Source of the DNA: Blastocladiella emersonii ATCC 22665
Lineage: Eukaryota; Fungi; Blastocladiomycota
Assembly: GCA_025594325.1 (NCBI GenBank)
Contig: JANHCV010000002.1
Location: 1,612,001-1,676,000, forward strand
Length of the DNA stretch: 64,000 nt
Reading direction: 5' to 3'
In this document: piece after piece, positions 11,026 through 21,657 of the stretch
How the letters are laid out: the number at the start of each line of letters is the position of its first letter
Position numbering within the stretch: the stretch's first letter is position 1
Translations under genes and position numbers: made by a program
The notes under the pieces: generated by a model
What the model was told of the DNA's origin: nothing
Databases searched by the model: none
What the model saw: only the letters and a program-made list of their open reading frames with translations

Positions 11026-13212
11026 ATGACGCAGTATAGCTACGACGACACGGGCGTCTTCTTCGCCTACTTTGTGCTGACCGTTGCGCTGCTGGTGCTG
11101 GTCCCTGCCACGTACAAGTGGGTCATGGCCGGATCGCGTACGCTTTCTCCTGTGCTGTGGTCGACTCGAGTAGCTGACGCACCCGCCCCCTCAGGCTCGT
11201 TCCGCGACACGTACGCGTGCACCTGCGACCTGTGCAAGCGCAAGCACAAGGCCAACCGCAAGAAGGAGGCCAAGAACCACCGCGTCTCCAACTTTGCCAA
11301 GTACGTTACCCTTCTCTTGTGCTTCCTCGTCGCGTCGCTCACACGCGCTTCCGTCACCTACAGGCTCATTGCCCTCGGCGCCGGCTGGGCCGCCGTCATC
11401 TTCGCCGCGTACCACATCAGCGTGACCGAGCTCGACACGCCCGTCTCGTGGGACCCGTGGAACGTGCTCGGCATCGCCACCTCGGCCACCCGCTCCGAGA
11501 TCCGCAAGGCCTACCACAAGCTGTCGCTCGAGATGCACCCCGACAAGGTGGCCCCCGAGCTCAAGGAGAAGGCCAACTCCATCTTCGCCGACATCTCCAA
11601 GGCCTACAAGGTCCTGACCAACGCCGAGGCCCGTAAGAACTTTGAGGACTGGGGCCACCCCGACGGCAAGCAGTCCTTCTCCATGGGCATCGCGCTCCCG
11701 ACCTTCATGGTCGGCTCCACCTCGGCCCCGGCCGTCCTCGCCGGCTACTTCATCGCGTTCGGCGTGCTCCTCCCCTACGCCCTGCACACGTGGTGGAGCA
11801 AGACCCGCAACTACACCAAGGACAACGTGCACACCCGCTCCATGGGCATCCTGTTCAAGCGCACCCGCGAGGACGGTGGCCTCAAGTCGATCCTCAACAA
11901 CCTCGCCCACGCCCAGGAGCTCGCCGAGGAGTGCCCGCACCGCGGTGCCGCCGACGACAAGCACCTCGCCGAGCTCGAGCCGCAGGTCGCCGCCGCCTTC
12001 GAGGCGCTCGGCGAGACGTGGGACCCCAAGGAGGACCTCAAGCCCGCCACCACGCCGACCGCGCGCAAGGCCCTGGTGCACCTGCTCGCGCACTTCACGC
12101 GGCCCAAGGGGTACACGGCGTCGGCCGACGCGCAGCGCGCCGTCGTCAAGGCCGCGCACCTCCTGCACCGCGGCGTGCTGCAGATCACGCTGGCGCGCGG
12201 GTGGCTGATCCCGTCGCTGTACGCCATGGACCTGTCGCAGCTGCTCGCCCAGGGCGTGTGGCACTCGCGGTCGCCGCTGTTCCAGGTGCCCCACGCCACG
12301 GTCGACCTCGTCAAGCAGTGCGCGACGCGCGACCCGCCCGTGCGCTCGCTCCAGGATCTCGCCCTGCTCGACGACGCGGACCGCCGCGCCATCTTCAAGG
12401 GCCTCAAGAACGACCAGTACGCGGACGTGACCGCCTTCCTCCACGCGTTCCCGCGCATCGTGCTCGAGAAGCTCGACTTCAAGGTCGTTGGCGAGCCCAA
12501 CATCACCCCCGGGTCGCTCGTCACCTGCACCATCCGCCTGCGCCTCGTGTCCATCACGGTCCCGCTCGACTCGCTCAACGCCGAGTACGAGGCCAAGAAG
12601 GCGGCGCGCGCCGCCAAGATCGAGGCCGGCGAGCCCGTCTCGGACGACGAGGAGGACGTGGACGCGCTCGGGCTCGACGGCGAGGGCGACGGCGGCCGCG
12701 GCACCGCCGCCAAGGTCGACCTCGCGTCCAAGGTCAAGTTCTCGCACGCGCCCCGGTTCCCCGCCGACAAGCGGCCCGGGTGGTGGGTGTTCATCGGCAA
12801 CCTCGAGTCGAATCGCGTCATCACGGCCTCGCGCATCCCCGACCACTCGGAGGCCAAGAAGAAGGGCGCCAAGGGCGGCGACGACTCGGACCGGTTCACG
12901 GTCAAGCTCCAGTTCCAGGCGCCCGGCCAGGTCGGCGTGTACCCGTTCTCGGTGTTCCTCAAGTCGGACCACTGGGTCGGCGCCGACATGCGCCTCGACA
13001 TCCAGATGAAGGTCGAGCCGCCGCTCGCCGACCGCGTCGTCGAGGAGGAGGACGATATCTCGGACCCCGAGGAGGACACCATCGCCGGCCAGATGGCCAT
13101 CCTCCGCGGCCAGCGCGTCAAGCCCGCCGCCGGGTACGCCCCCGACTCGGGCGTGAATGCCGGCGCCGGGTCCGACTCGGACTCGTCGTCGTCCAGCGAC
13201 GAGGACGAGTAA
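11026..13212 (+). CDS. SEC63: Translocon J-domain subunit Sec63
   Basis: N-terminus MTQYSYDDTGVFF, DPWNVLGI, J-domain with HPD (MHPDKV), YKVLT..GHPDGKQSFSMGIALP, Sec63/Brl domain and acidic C-terminus. Two in-frame introns predicted at 11138-11194 and 11301-11363. Confidence 0.95.
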   Translation: MTQYSYDDTGVFFAYFVLTVALLVLVPATYKWVMAGSRTLSPVLWSTRVADAPAPSGSFRDTYACTCDLCKRKHKANRKKEAKNHRVSNFAKYVTLLLCFLVASLTRASVTYRLIALGAGWAAVIFAAYHISVTELDTPVSWDPWNVLGIATSATRSEIRKAYHKLSLEMHPDKVAPELKEKANSIFADISKAYKVLTNAEARKNFEDWGHPDGKQSFSMGIALPTFMVGSTSAPAVLAGYFIAFGVLLPYALHTWWSKTRNYTKDNVHTRSMGILFKRTREDGGLKSILNNLAHAQELAEECPHRGAADDKHLAELEPQVAAAFEALGETWDPKEDLKPATTPTARKALVHLLAHFTRPKGYTASADAQRAVVKAAHLLHRGVLQITLARGWLIPSLYAMDLSQLLAQGVWHSRSPLFQVPHATVDLVKQCATRDPPVRSLQDLALLDDADRRAIFKGLKNDQYADVTAFLHAFPRIVLEKLDFKVVGEPNITPGSLVTCTIRLRLVSITVPLDSLNAEYEAKKAARAAKIEAGEPVSDDEEDVDALGLDGEGDGGRGTAAKVDLASKVKFSHAPRFPADKRPGWWVFIGNLESNRVITASRIPDHSEAKKKGAKGGDDSDRFTVKLQFQAPGQVGVYPFSVFLKSDHWVGADMRLDIQMKVEPPLADRVVEEEDDISDPEEDTIAGQMAILRGQRVKPAAGYAPDSGVNAGAGSDSDSSSSSDEDE

Positions 13213-13277
13213 GGTGTATCTGTGTGTAGTGGAGAGAGTGTGTCGCGTATATAACTATATCTACGGCTACATTATCA

Positions 13278-14020
13278 TCATGCGACCGTGTTCCGCGGCA
13301 GCGTCCGCGCCGCCGCGTGCTCGGCCTGCTTCGCGCAAGCGACGATCTCCGCCGCCATGGCCGCGCCCGCGTACTGGTTCGACGGCGGCGCGCACGTGTA
13401 GTGCTCGAGCAGCATACCATCCGTCGAGGCGACGCGTGGCGCGGGAGTGCGCGGCTGCACCGACGTTGACGCGACGCGGATCGAGCGCGGCGTGCTGCCG
13501 GATGCAACCGCGGGACGCAGCGGCACACTCGCAAACGTCAGGTCCTTGTGCGTGTCGGGATCCTCGAACCTGCTCAGGGCCACAGCGCCGCCGACCACCG
13601 CCACGTCGAGCCCGAACCACACCATCGGCTCGGTCGGGACTAGCGGCAGGCCCGCGAACCGGAGCGCGACGAGGATCTGCGTCGCGGCCTGGTACGCGGC
13701 GAACCCGAGCTTCCACGTGCGCAGGGCCGACGAGGTTTCGCCAGCGACGAGCTCGCGGCGCAGATGCGCGGCGTGGACGCACACGTCGGCGACGAGGGCC
13801 AGGAGCCACGACGCGACGAAGCAAATGGCGATGGTTTGTGCGTCCGTGTTGCCGTCGGGTTCTGGAGAGCGGGGGGAAGGTGGTGAAAAGAGATTGCAGT
13901 GACGCGGCTGAGATGTTCGCGTGGATTCCGGCCATGAGCTCGCAGCCAGTGGTGAGAAGCGTGAGATGAACGTCGCGTCCAAGCGTGGCGTACGAGCAAC
14001 ACTGCGTGAACGGCAAGGTT
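13278..14020 (-). pseudogene. Multi-TM family copy A (probable frameshift; lacks the last intron of its paralogs)
   Basis: Homology to copies B-D (DVCVHAAHLRREL, WKLGFAAY). In-frame TAG at 14021-14023 precedes the first homologous block. Frame switch near the G6 run at 13871-13876, which could be a sequencing error. Confidence 0.6.
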
Positions 14021-14228
14021 CTATATCGACGTGGCCGTGGCGACTGACCGGGAGCGAGCTTGGTTGATGGCACGAATGATGAACTGCGGTGCGATCACGG
14101 TTCCATCACCGCATCGTCCTGGACGCGCTCTTGACGCGTCGGTGCGGCGCGGTCGACTAGTGCACAGAAGATCCGCTTGGAGCGAGTGGATCACAATCAA
14201 GAATGTTTTATGGTCGGACGAGATTAAC

Positions 14229-14893
14229 TTACGACTGCTGACCAGCGACCGACAGGCGACGGGCCTCTGCGCGTTCGTCGTCGCTGTCGAACCGCCCGTC
14301 GTCCTTGTACCAGTACGCCTTAGGAAGAGTGAGGCTCGTCGCACCCGCGAGGGCAATCTTAGCACGCACGATTTCAAGGTCAGCCAGCCAGACGCGCACC
14401 CGGGTCGCAACGAAGTATTATCGCACCATAGCAACGTCCTTGCCGAGCCGAACCCACCAAGCCGAGCTCGGCCACAACGCTTCGGCGGGCCCGTACTTGA
14501 TCACCACCGTCTCCGTCGCCGCAAAGTAGACGGGGAGGACGAGTTTCGGCGCCTGCAAGCCCGCGGAAAAGCGGCCGGTGAGCTCGCGGCGCAAGTAATG
14601 AATGTGCCGCGCGAGGTCGAAGAGGTACGCGGGAATCCAGGTGCAGAGCATGACGAGGAACAGGATGTCTACCCCTTGGTCGCTGCTCTCGCGCTGCTGG
14701 TCCACGGACGAGACGGCGCGAAGCTGCGCGGCGACGGCGCGGATCGCTGGGTACAGGTACACGACGGGAATGAGCTGCGCGGCGTTAGCGAGCGACAACA
14801 AGGCCGAAGACGCGTCGTGTGACGTACCAGCGAGAACGCGTGCGCGATCCAGCGTGCAGTCGGGATGCCGTTGAACAGCTCGCGTTGCCCCAT
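14229..14893 (-). CDS. Multi-TM family copy B (about 4 TM, 2 introns)
   Basis: Spliced model MGQRELFNGIPTARWIAHAFSL|LIPVVYLYP...DLARHIHYLRRELTG...KDVAM|IALAGATSLTLP...QQS-stop, with canonical GT..AG introns. Confidence 0.65.
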
Positions 14894-15556
14894 GTTAGGT
14901 CGGCTTGACTATCTGTACTGAGTATCGGAAGAGAACGAGGGATAACGTTTCGTTGAGGTGAGGAGCGCCGTTTCGCTGGCCGCGCAGGGTCTGCACCCGT
15001 TTGAGCTGTGAGCGCTGCTGCCATTGCGGCGCGAAACGAGCTGTCGCTCAGGCGAAACCCCGCCGACACGAGTTAAGTGCCCATGCGCGTACGGATTTGA
15101 CGGTCATGAAGCAATCGCAGCAGTCAAAGATCTTTTTGCAATCAAGCGATGCATTGACTGGTTGCAGAGTGAGGAGAGAGGACTCGAGACTCGGCCACAA
15201 GCGAGCAAACTCCGCAGATCACAGAGGACAGAGGAGGGAGCCCGGCGTGCTCGTTTGGAGTTTGACCGCACGCGCACGCGCCAAGTCGCAGGCACCACGT
15301 TTGGCATGTCGGCGCTGGCGTTCGCGAGCGCCTTTGAGTTCAGGCCGCCGCGGGCAGGCCGGATGTGAGTTGTCGCGCGCAATACACGTCCGTGTATCTC
15401 GACGCGTCTCACTTCTACCTCCTGCAAGTTGCATGTCAAGGTCGCGCGCCAGTTGTTCCGGCGGGGGCGATAAGAGCCATAACGGCTTGAGAAAAGCAAC
15501 GGATTGAACGATGTATCACGCAAGGAAGACGATGTAAAAGCGAGAGGCTGGCTGCC

Positions 15557-16257
15557 TCAGAGGGCCGTGGCAAGGTCGTAGCTGGGCGGCTGCTCAGCTT
15601 GGTCGCTGAGCGGCCGGTTCACCAGTCGGCCGCTTTCCTTGGTGCGCGTGACGCGAGAGTCGCGGTGAGCCGTGCGGTCGTCAAAGTTGCGCAGGAATCG
15701 CTTGGGCAGGTGGATCGCCGTCTCGATGCCAAGGAAGAGCTACTCGGGTAGGATGCGGTCAGTTCCGGGCTTCAAGGGCCGAGTCCGCCTCACGTACCAT
15801 CGCCACATCCTTGATGAGCCATAGAATGAGGAGGTTGGGCTGCAGCGCGCCCGTGCGGTTGTTGGAGAACCAAATGACCTCGGTGACGGCGAGGTAGACG
15901 GCAAAACCGACCTTCCATGGTCGAATCGCTGTAGCGTCGAACCGGCCGTGAAGCTCGTCGCGCAGGTGGTAGCCGTGAACAGCGAGGTCGGTCAAGTAGA
16001 CGAGGATCCAGCTGGACAGCAGCGCGATGAGACCGGAGCTCTCGGCCTCAGCGTCAGTCGAGCTGCGGCTTGCTGGTCCCACGGCCAGCAGGACGAGCAG
16101 CATGGACGCCGCGGAGATGATCTAGTTGAATGCGAATGAGATCAGACCATCGCTACTGGATATCGGTCCATTGTCGAAGACAGTGGGTGCAGCGTACAAG
16201 GAGCAGCAGGTGGAGGACGAGCCGCTTCGTCGGGAGCTGCTTAATTGCGCTCAGCAT
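15557..16257 (-). CDS. Multi-TM family copy C (about 4 TM, 2 introns, C-terminal PPSY)
   Basis: Spliced model MLSAIKQLPTKRLVLHLLLL|IISAASMLL...DLAVHGYHLRDELHG...WKVGFAVYLAVTEV...KDVAM|LFLGIETAIHLP...PPSYDLATAL-stop. Confidence 0.7.
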
Positions 16258-16673
16258 GGTTCAAGAATGACGTTGCGCCGAGTGAGAGGAGAGGTGGCGA
16301 AAAGCGGCCGCTTTATGTCGAAGGGAACAGTGGAACGAGGGGGAGAAAGGGCCGGAGGTGGGGACCCCACTGCACCGCATCGCTGGTTCGAAAGATTGAA
16401 CCTGGATTCAGGTCCCGCCGGCTGAGCTAACGCACCGCCTAGGCGGTCATCAGCTAAAGACCCGGCGGAGCAGGCGTCCTGTCTCAGCCTGGTTTCAAAT
16501 TGGCACGATAAAACTGAGTATAGCCGAAGGGCCGAACACGAGGGATGCGCCACGGCGGCGCACCGAGGCTGATGGGAACTGATGCGGGAGCACGTGAATA
16601 TCACATGATATCCCGACGCGTCTCAAGGGACCTTCTCGAGCGTCTGGTCAACAAGCGAAGGCTTATCTTATAG

Positions 16674-17000
16674 CTATAAGAACCAAACTAAAACGACTTG
16701 GGAGGTAACCGAGGAGCACTGCTGTGTGCTGAGTGGAGGTGCGAGCGAAGCTTGGCTTGGACGAGGCCGCGACGAGGAGGTCGTCGGATTGCTGAACTCA
16801 GCAATCAGCTTCACGGGAGCCCTCATTATCAAGTAGAATGGGCGATTGCGATGACCTGCATGCGTGTGCTCTGGTATTCAGCGGCACGAAAAGCGCTGCG
16901 AGCTGCCGGACTAACGTACGAGGAGCAGGAAGTGAGTGACTCTGCGTGCCGGCGAGACGCGCGAGCCGCTCTTGTTCGGCGACTGGGTAGAGGATGACAT
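16674..17000 (-). pseudogene. Multi-TM family copy E, frameshifted 5' fragment
   Basis: MSSSTQSPNKSGSRVSPARRVTHFLLL|GTACGT intron|VIAIA(frameshift)FYLIMRAPVKL...VWFL-stop matches copy D (RISPLRWLTHVLLA|AISIAPFYFIVVALFKL). Confidence 0.6.
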
Positions 17001-17953
17001 GTTCGAAAAGAGTGTTATGGTCAACACATCTTTGCGGGCCCCAGCGGGTTTTGATGTTCATCCGCTGCGAGGCGGCAGAGACCATCGTGGTAAGAACGCC
17101 ACTGGGGCCACCGCACACGTCCGCATCGCGCCAACCTCATCGATTTCCGTTGTCTTGCACAGTACATGAGCAAGCCCGTCGACGGCGGAACGTGCTGTGC
17201 TGCGGTGACCCGTTGATGAGCGTAGTGATCGCACGTCGCTGTGGCGCAACGCGATAACGCGTCCATCACCGCTGTCCGCGCACGCCAACCTTGCACTCGG
17301 AGAACAGCATGTAAGGTACTCTAAGCCTAGCCCTGCTCAAGACTGGTTTAGATATCACCATCAACGTTGAATGGAGGTGTGCGCTTCAAGTGGTTCGCAA
17401 GCATCTCCCACCCACCAAGTGTCGGAAAGGTTCCCCGCGCTCACACGCGCGCGTTGCCCCCCTTTTTGCTGGGTCTCGGCGCAGAGCACTCGTTGGTCCG
17501 TGGCTCACAAGCTTTGGGCGCAGCGCGTGCACACTTCGTCTGAAAGCCCCTGATAATAATAAATTAAATGTGTAAGCGTCGTGTGTATTGACGCTGCGTC
17601 GTATTCGGGCTGGCGGGAGCGATCCCTAAAATCGTTTTGCTTTAGTGTTGCGACAAGCTTTGAGTGTCCGGGTCGCTGTTGTCAAGGGCAAAAGCCCTGT
17701 AGCTGACGACCGCTACAGGACAACAGCCTTGATGGTAGTAAGCTCTGACGCGGCCATCCATCGATGGTGCTGCGCGTGCCCCGCCCTTCTCTACGCCGGG
17801 TAACAGCTGAGATTGATTGCGCGAACGTCCAGTTCCTTCGCGGTTCGTACTTAACCTCACCACTCGTCGACTAACATGAGAGAATCAGCGAAACCACTAG
17901 TTTATCCTTCGCACAACACACATGACAAGCATTGTACCGCCTTGGCCAAGGTT

Positions 17954-18847
17954 TCAAGAGGAAGTCGACGCAGCACTCGGTGGGACCAGCATCGTGTTGC
18001 TCGCCACAGAGTACGACGACTGCGGGCGCGGAGAAAGCAGTAGAGACGCCGTGGTCGAGCTGGGCCGGGCCGATCTGGATCTGGAACTGGAACTGATACT
18101 TGAGCGTGTACGCCGCAATGAGCGCTCGTCGCCCATGCCAGCTTTGGCGATCTCGCTTGGAAGAGTGAATCCGAGAGACATGGCCACGAAGAACTACACG
18201 AACGCTCCGCGCTGATGAGTCTACCGTGGTATTCGTAACGACAGTATCCGCGCGTACCAGGACCATATCCTTGATCAGCCAGACGAGGACCGAAGTCGGC
18301 CGAAGCGCCGTCTCCTTGCTTCCCGCGAACCAGAGGATCTCGGTGCTCGCCAGGAAAACTGAACCGAAGAGCTTCCAGTTGCGCAAGGTCATGGACGGGT
18401 TGCCGTGGAGCTCGTGGCGGACCTGTACCGCATGGAACACGAGGTCAAAGGGGGTGTACGCGAGCCACACCGAGAGAATGGAGATGTGGACGATGCGGTC
18501 GTTCTTTGCACTACCGAAACGGACGGCGCTTGTCGAGCCGCTGGACGATGGCTCAGCGCTCGGTGCGCCAGGACCTGCATCAAACTTGTCATCAAAAGTC
18601 AGCGGGTCGGTGCCCGCGGTGCCGGAGGACTCGTTCAGCTCGTTGGCGAGCTTGAAGAGCGCCACTACGATGAAGTAGAAGGGAGCAATGGAGATGGCCT
18701 ACGCCGCGGGTGCAAGGGTCAGTGAACAAACACGCTCCCATGCTCCGACACGGATAACCGTACAGCGAGGAGCACATGGGTCAACCAGCGCAGCGGCGAG
18801 ATACGCGGGCGGCTACTGTTTAGCTTCGTATACTCATTGCTGAACAT
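17954..18847 (-). CDS. Multi-TM family copy D (about 4 TM, 2 introns, Ser-rich tail)
   Basis: Spliced model MFSNEYTKLNSSRPRISPLRWLTHVLLA|AISIAPFY...DLVFHAVQVRHELHG...WKLFGSVFLASTEILW...KDMVL|FFVAMSLGFTLP...STSS-stop. Confidence 0.7.
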
Positions 18848-19249
18848 GGTTGCAGGGCGGCTACAAAGGGGAAGGAGACGGCGAGAAGGGAAGGAATCGA
18901 GAGAGTGGTTTCTGAGGCTCCTGAGAAACGCCGCGCGCCGTCCCCTTGTCTTCTCGCACCGGCATGGCTTGCGTGCGTGTGATGGTGCGCGCGGTTAATC
19001 GCATGTGGCGCTGCACGTCAAACGCGGTGTGGTGGCTCATGTGGCGCAGCGCGTGGACGGGATGTTTCAAGACATTTGAGGCACGAAAGCGCTCAGGCAG
19101 ACCTTGCACCGTCGTCGAGGCGACTTGACAGTAAAGAATCTGATATATTCAGCGTTGAATCATGTGCAAGCGATTAAAATTATGGTGATGAAAGAGCCCG
19201 GACCCAAACCGTTCTGGGTGCGCGCCCCGAGTTCGCAGGTATATGACGG

Positions 19250-20077
19250 TCAGCGAGATTCCTTGAATTTATCAAGCTTGGCCTTCTGCACGATCCAGTC
19301 GAGAACCTCGGTGTTGTTCTTGCTGCTCGCGTACTCAGCGACTTGCGCCCAGAAGCCGTCGCTGCCGCACTCGAGTTCGCGACCCGGATCCGCAGTGACG
19401 AGCCACGCGAGAAACCCGAGCTGGTTGTGATCGACAGCAACCTTGGCGACGCCGAGCCAGTCGACGGCCTCACTCTCGATCAAATGAGACTTTTGTTCAA
19501 GCAGCATGGTGTAACCGATCCGCGCCGCGAGCGGCAGAAACGACGGGAGGATGAAGAACTCGAGGTCCGAGGAGGCCCACCAGTCGAGCGCGTCGACGTG
19601 GCCTTCGCGAGCTGCAATGTCGAGAGAGTCGGGCATGTACTCGTCGATCAGCTCGTGCTCGTACATCCATTCGAGAACCTGGGCGTGGCCGTTTTCAGTC
19701 GCGACGTTGGCGGCGCTGACGTAATAATCGAGAAGCCAGTTCTGGTCCCGCCACGATTCGACCACGCCCACGCTCATCCAATAGTCCAAGAGGTCGACGT
19801 GACCCGATGCGCACAGGAGCAAGTAGTAAAAGTCGCGCTGATCGGGATCTTTCGTCGGTCCACGGTTGCGGATAAGCTCGTCGCGGAGAGCCTGGTGGCG
19901 AGGCGCGAGTGCGGGTTTGTAGATAGACTTGTGCAGCGACCAGCAGAAGACGGCTTTCCGCAGGCGCTTGAGGTCTGGCGCGACGTGAAGTAGCGCGCGA
20001 GGGTCGGTCTCCTTGACGTCGAGCAGCAGCGTCCGGATGAGGATTTCCTCGATGAGCTCATAGGGCAAGATCTTCAT
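19250..20077 (-). CDS. F-box-like N-terminus plus degenerate ankyrin-repeat protein (275 aa)
   Basis: Starts MKILPYELIEEILIRTL. Repeats ASGHVDLLDYW, ATENGHAQVLEW, AAREGHVDALDWW. Confidence 0.75.
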   Translation of the reverse strand: MKILPYELIEEILIRTLLLDVKETDPRALLHVAPDLKRLRKAVFCWSLHKSIYKPALAPRHQALRDELIRNRGPTKDPDQRDFYYLLLCASGHVDLLDYWMSVGVVESWRDQNWLLDYYVSAANVATENGHAQVLEWMYEHELIDEYMPDSLDIAAREGHVDALDWWASSDLEFFILPSFLPLAARIGYTMLLEQKSHLIESEAVDWLGVAKVAVDHNQLGFLAWLVTADPGRELECGSDGFWAQVAEYASSKNNTEVLDWIVQKAKLDKFKESR

Positions 20078-20291
20078 TGTTGCATCAAGTCTGGTTGCAT
20101 CGATGGTGGTGCTTCATGGGATGTGGTTTACGCTGTGAGAGAAGCGGCTGAGCGGCCTCTGCCGCGGTTGATGGGCCACGCGGCGCCAGGAGGGCGAGGC
20201 CGCGCGCGTGTTTCTTCGCGGCGCAAGTCGACGGCGGGTATGAATTCAGTCTATTTGTACAAGCATGTAGCAACGCAGCACGGCGCGTCGC

Positions 20292-21208
20292 CTACTGGGC
20301 GTTGGCCGCGACGGCGGCCTCCTCGTCGTGCTCGGCGGGGTTGGCGATCGACTTCTTGGGCGGCCACAGGACGAAAATGGAGGTGCGGGCCTTGTAGGCC
20401 TGGTACTCGGGGAGGTGGCCGTAGCGCTTGTCGGAGCTCTGCTCGAGGAGGCGCACGCCCGACCCGAAGTAGAGGAGGTAGGTGACGAAGAGCGGCGAAA
20501 GGATGCTGACCCAGTTCCACCCGTCGACGAACCCGTTGATGCACAGCATGAACATGCCGTACCAGAGCGTCACCTCGCCGACTAGATGGGTGAGCAGGGT
20601 GAGTGACGGTCGAGAGAGAACACGAGCAGGCCAAACGGGCACGTACAGTAGTTGGGATGGCGCGAGTACGCCCACAGGCCCGAGGTGATGAACTTGGTCG
20701 GGTTGGCGTTCTTGAACGTATTCTTCTGGTAGTCGGAGATGGCCTCGACGGCGAACCCGAAGACCCAGACGACGATGCCGACGATATCGAGTGCGTTGAG
20801 CGCGGGCTGGCGCGACGCGGGGTTGGTGGCGACGACGTAGACGCCGAGGCCCGTGAGCCAGACCCAGGCGATCTGCGCGACAAAGGCGAAGAGCAGGCGG
20901 AACGGCGCCTTCTTGATCTCGTCGAAGCGGTGGTCCTTGCCCTCGCGCAGGACGCGGCGGAACAGGAAGAAGCCGAGGCGCGAGCACCACACGAGCGAGA
21001 AGGCCACGGCGATGATCTGGCGCGGGTTGAGCGACGCCAGCGGCTCGCCGTCGGGCCGGTTGAGCAGCGCCGTCAGGAAGCACGCCATGTAGGTCAGCGA
21101 CCCGGACAGGTCGTAGAAGCGCTCCGTCTGCAGCGGCGCCGAGATGGCCCACGTCGCGATCTGGATGGCCGCATCGATGATGAAGACGAGGAGGGGCCCG
21201 TTGATCAT
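20292..21208 (-). CDS. DUF1295 / steroid 5-alpha-reductase-like membrane protein (intron 20582-20646)
   Basis: Motifs FYDLSGS, WCSRLGFFLFRR...GKDHRFD, EAISDYQK..FK, FITSGLWAYSRHPNY|FGEVTLW, SGVRLLE, YQAYKARTSIFVLWPP. Confidence 0.9.
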
Positions 21209-21657
21209 GGTTGTCTGCGGCTTCGTTGCGTGTCGTAGAAGAGTTGTGCGTTGGTTCGTTCGATTCGTTGCTGCCGGTTCCCGGTGAGCGGGCAGACGGT
21301 TCCCGTTGAGCGGGCAGACGGCGGGGTTGGGCGGGGACGGGCGGGCCCTTTATACGGTCGAGCGTTGCACGCACTTGGAGCACGATTGGCTCAGGCGCTT
21401 AGCAGATCCATTATTCATCCCTCTCGTAAGGGGAGCGGAGTCGGGGTCGGCGGCGGCGATGGGCCGACCCGATGCCGGCCACCGCCACGCGGAGCCGCCA
21501 CACGGCCGCCCGCGATCGAGAACCCGCCGTGTCTCGCACCGTGTCTCGCACTCGCAACCCTCGCTCTCGCTCTCGTCCTCAAGGACGTGGGGTGGGATGG
21601 AACGGAAGACGTGACATGTATGGATGGATATCTTTCTCATGGAAACTCGCCCGAGGC

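Noticed and set aside
21285-21321. 15-bp direct repeat TGAGCGGGCAGACGG near the DUF1295 promoter
   Set aside because: Only two copies and no recurrence elsewhere noticed; a simple local duplication is sufficient.
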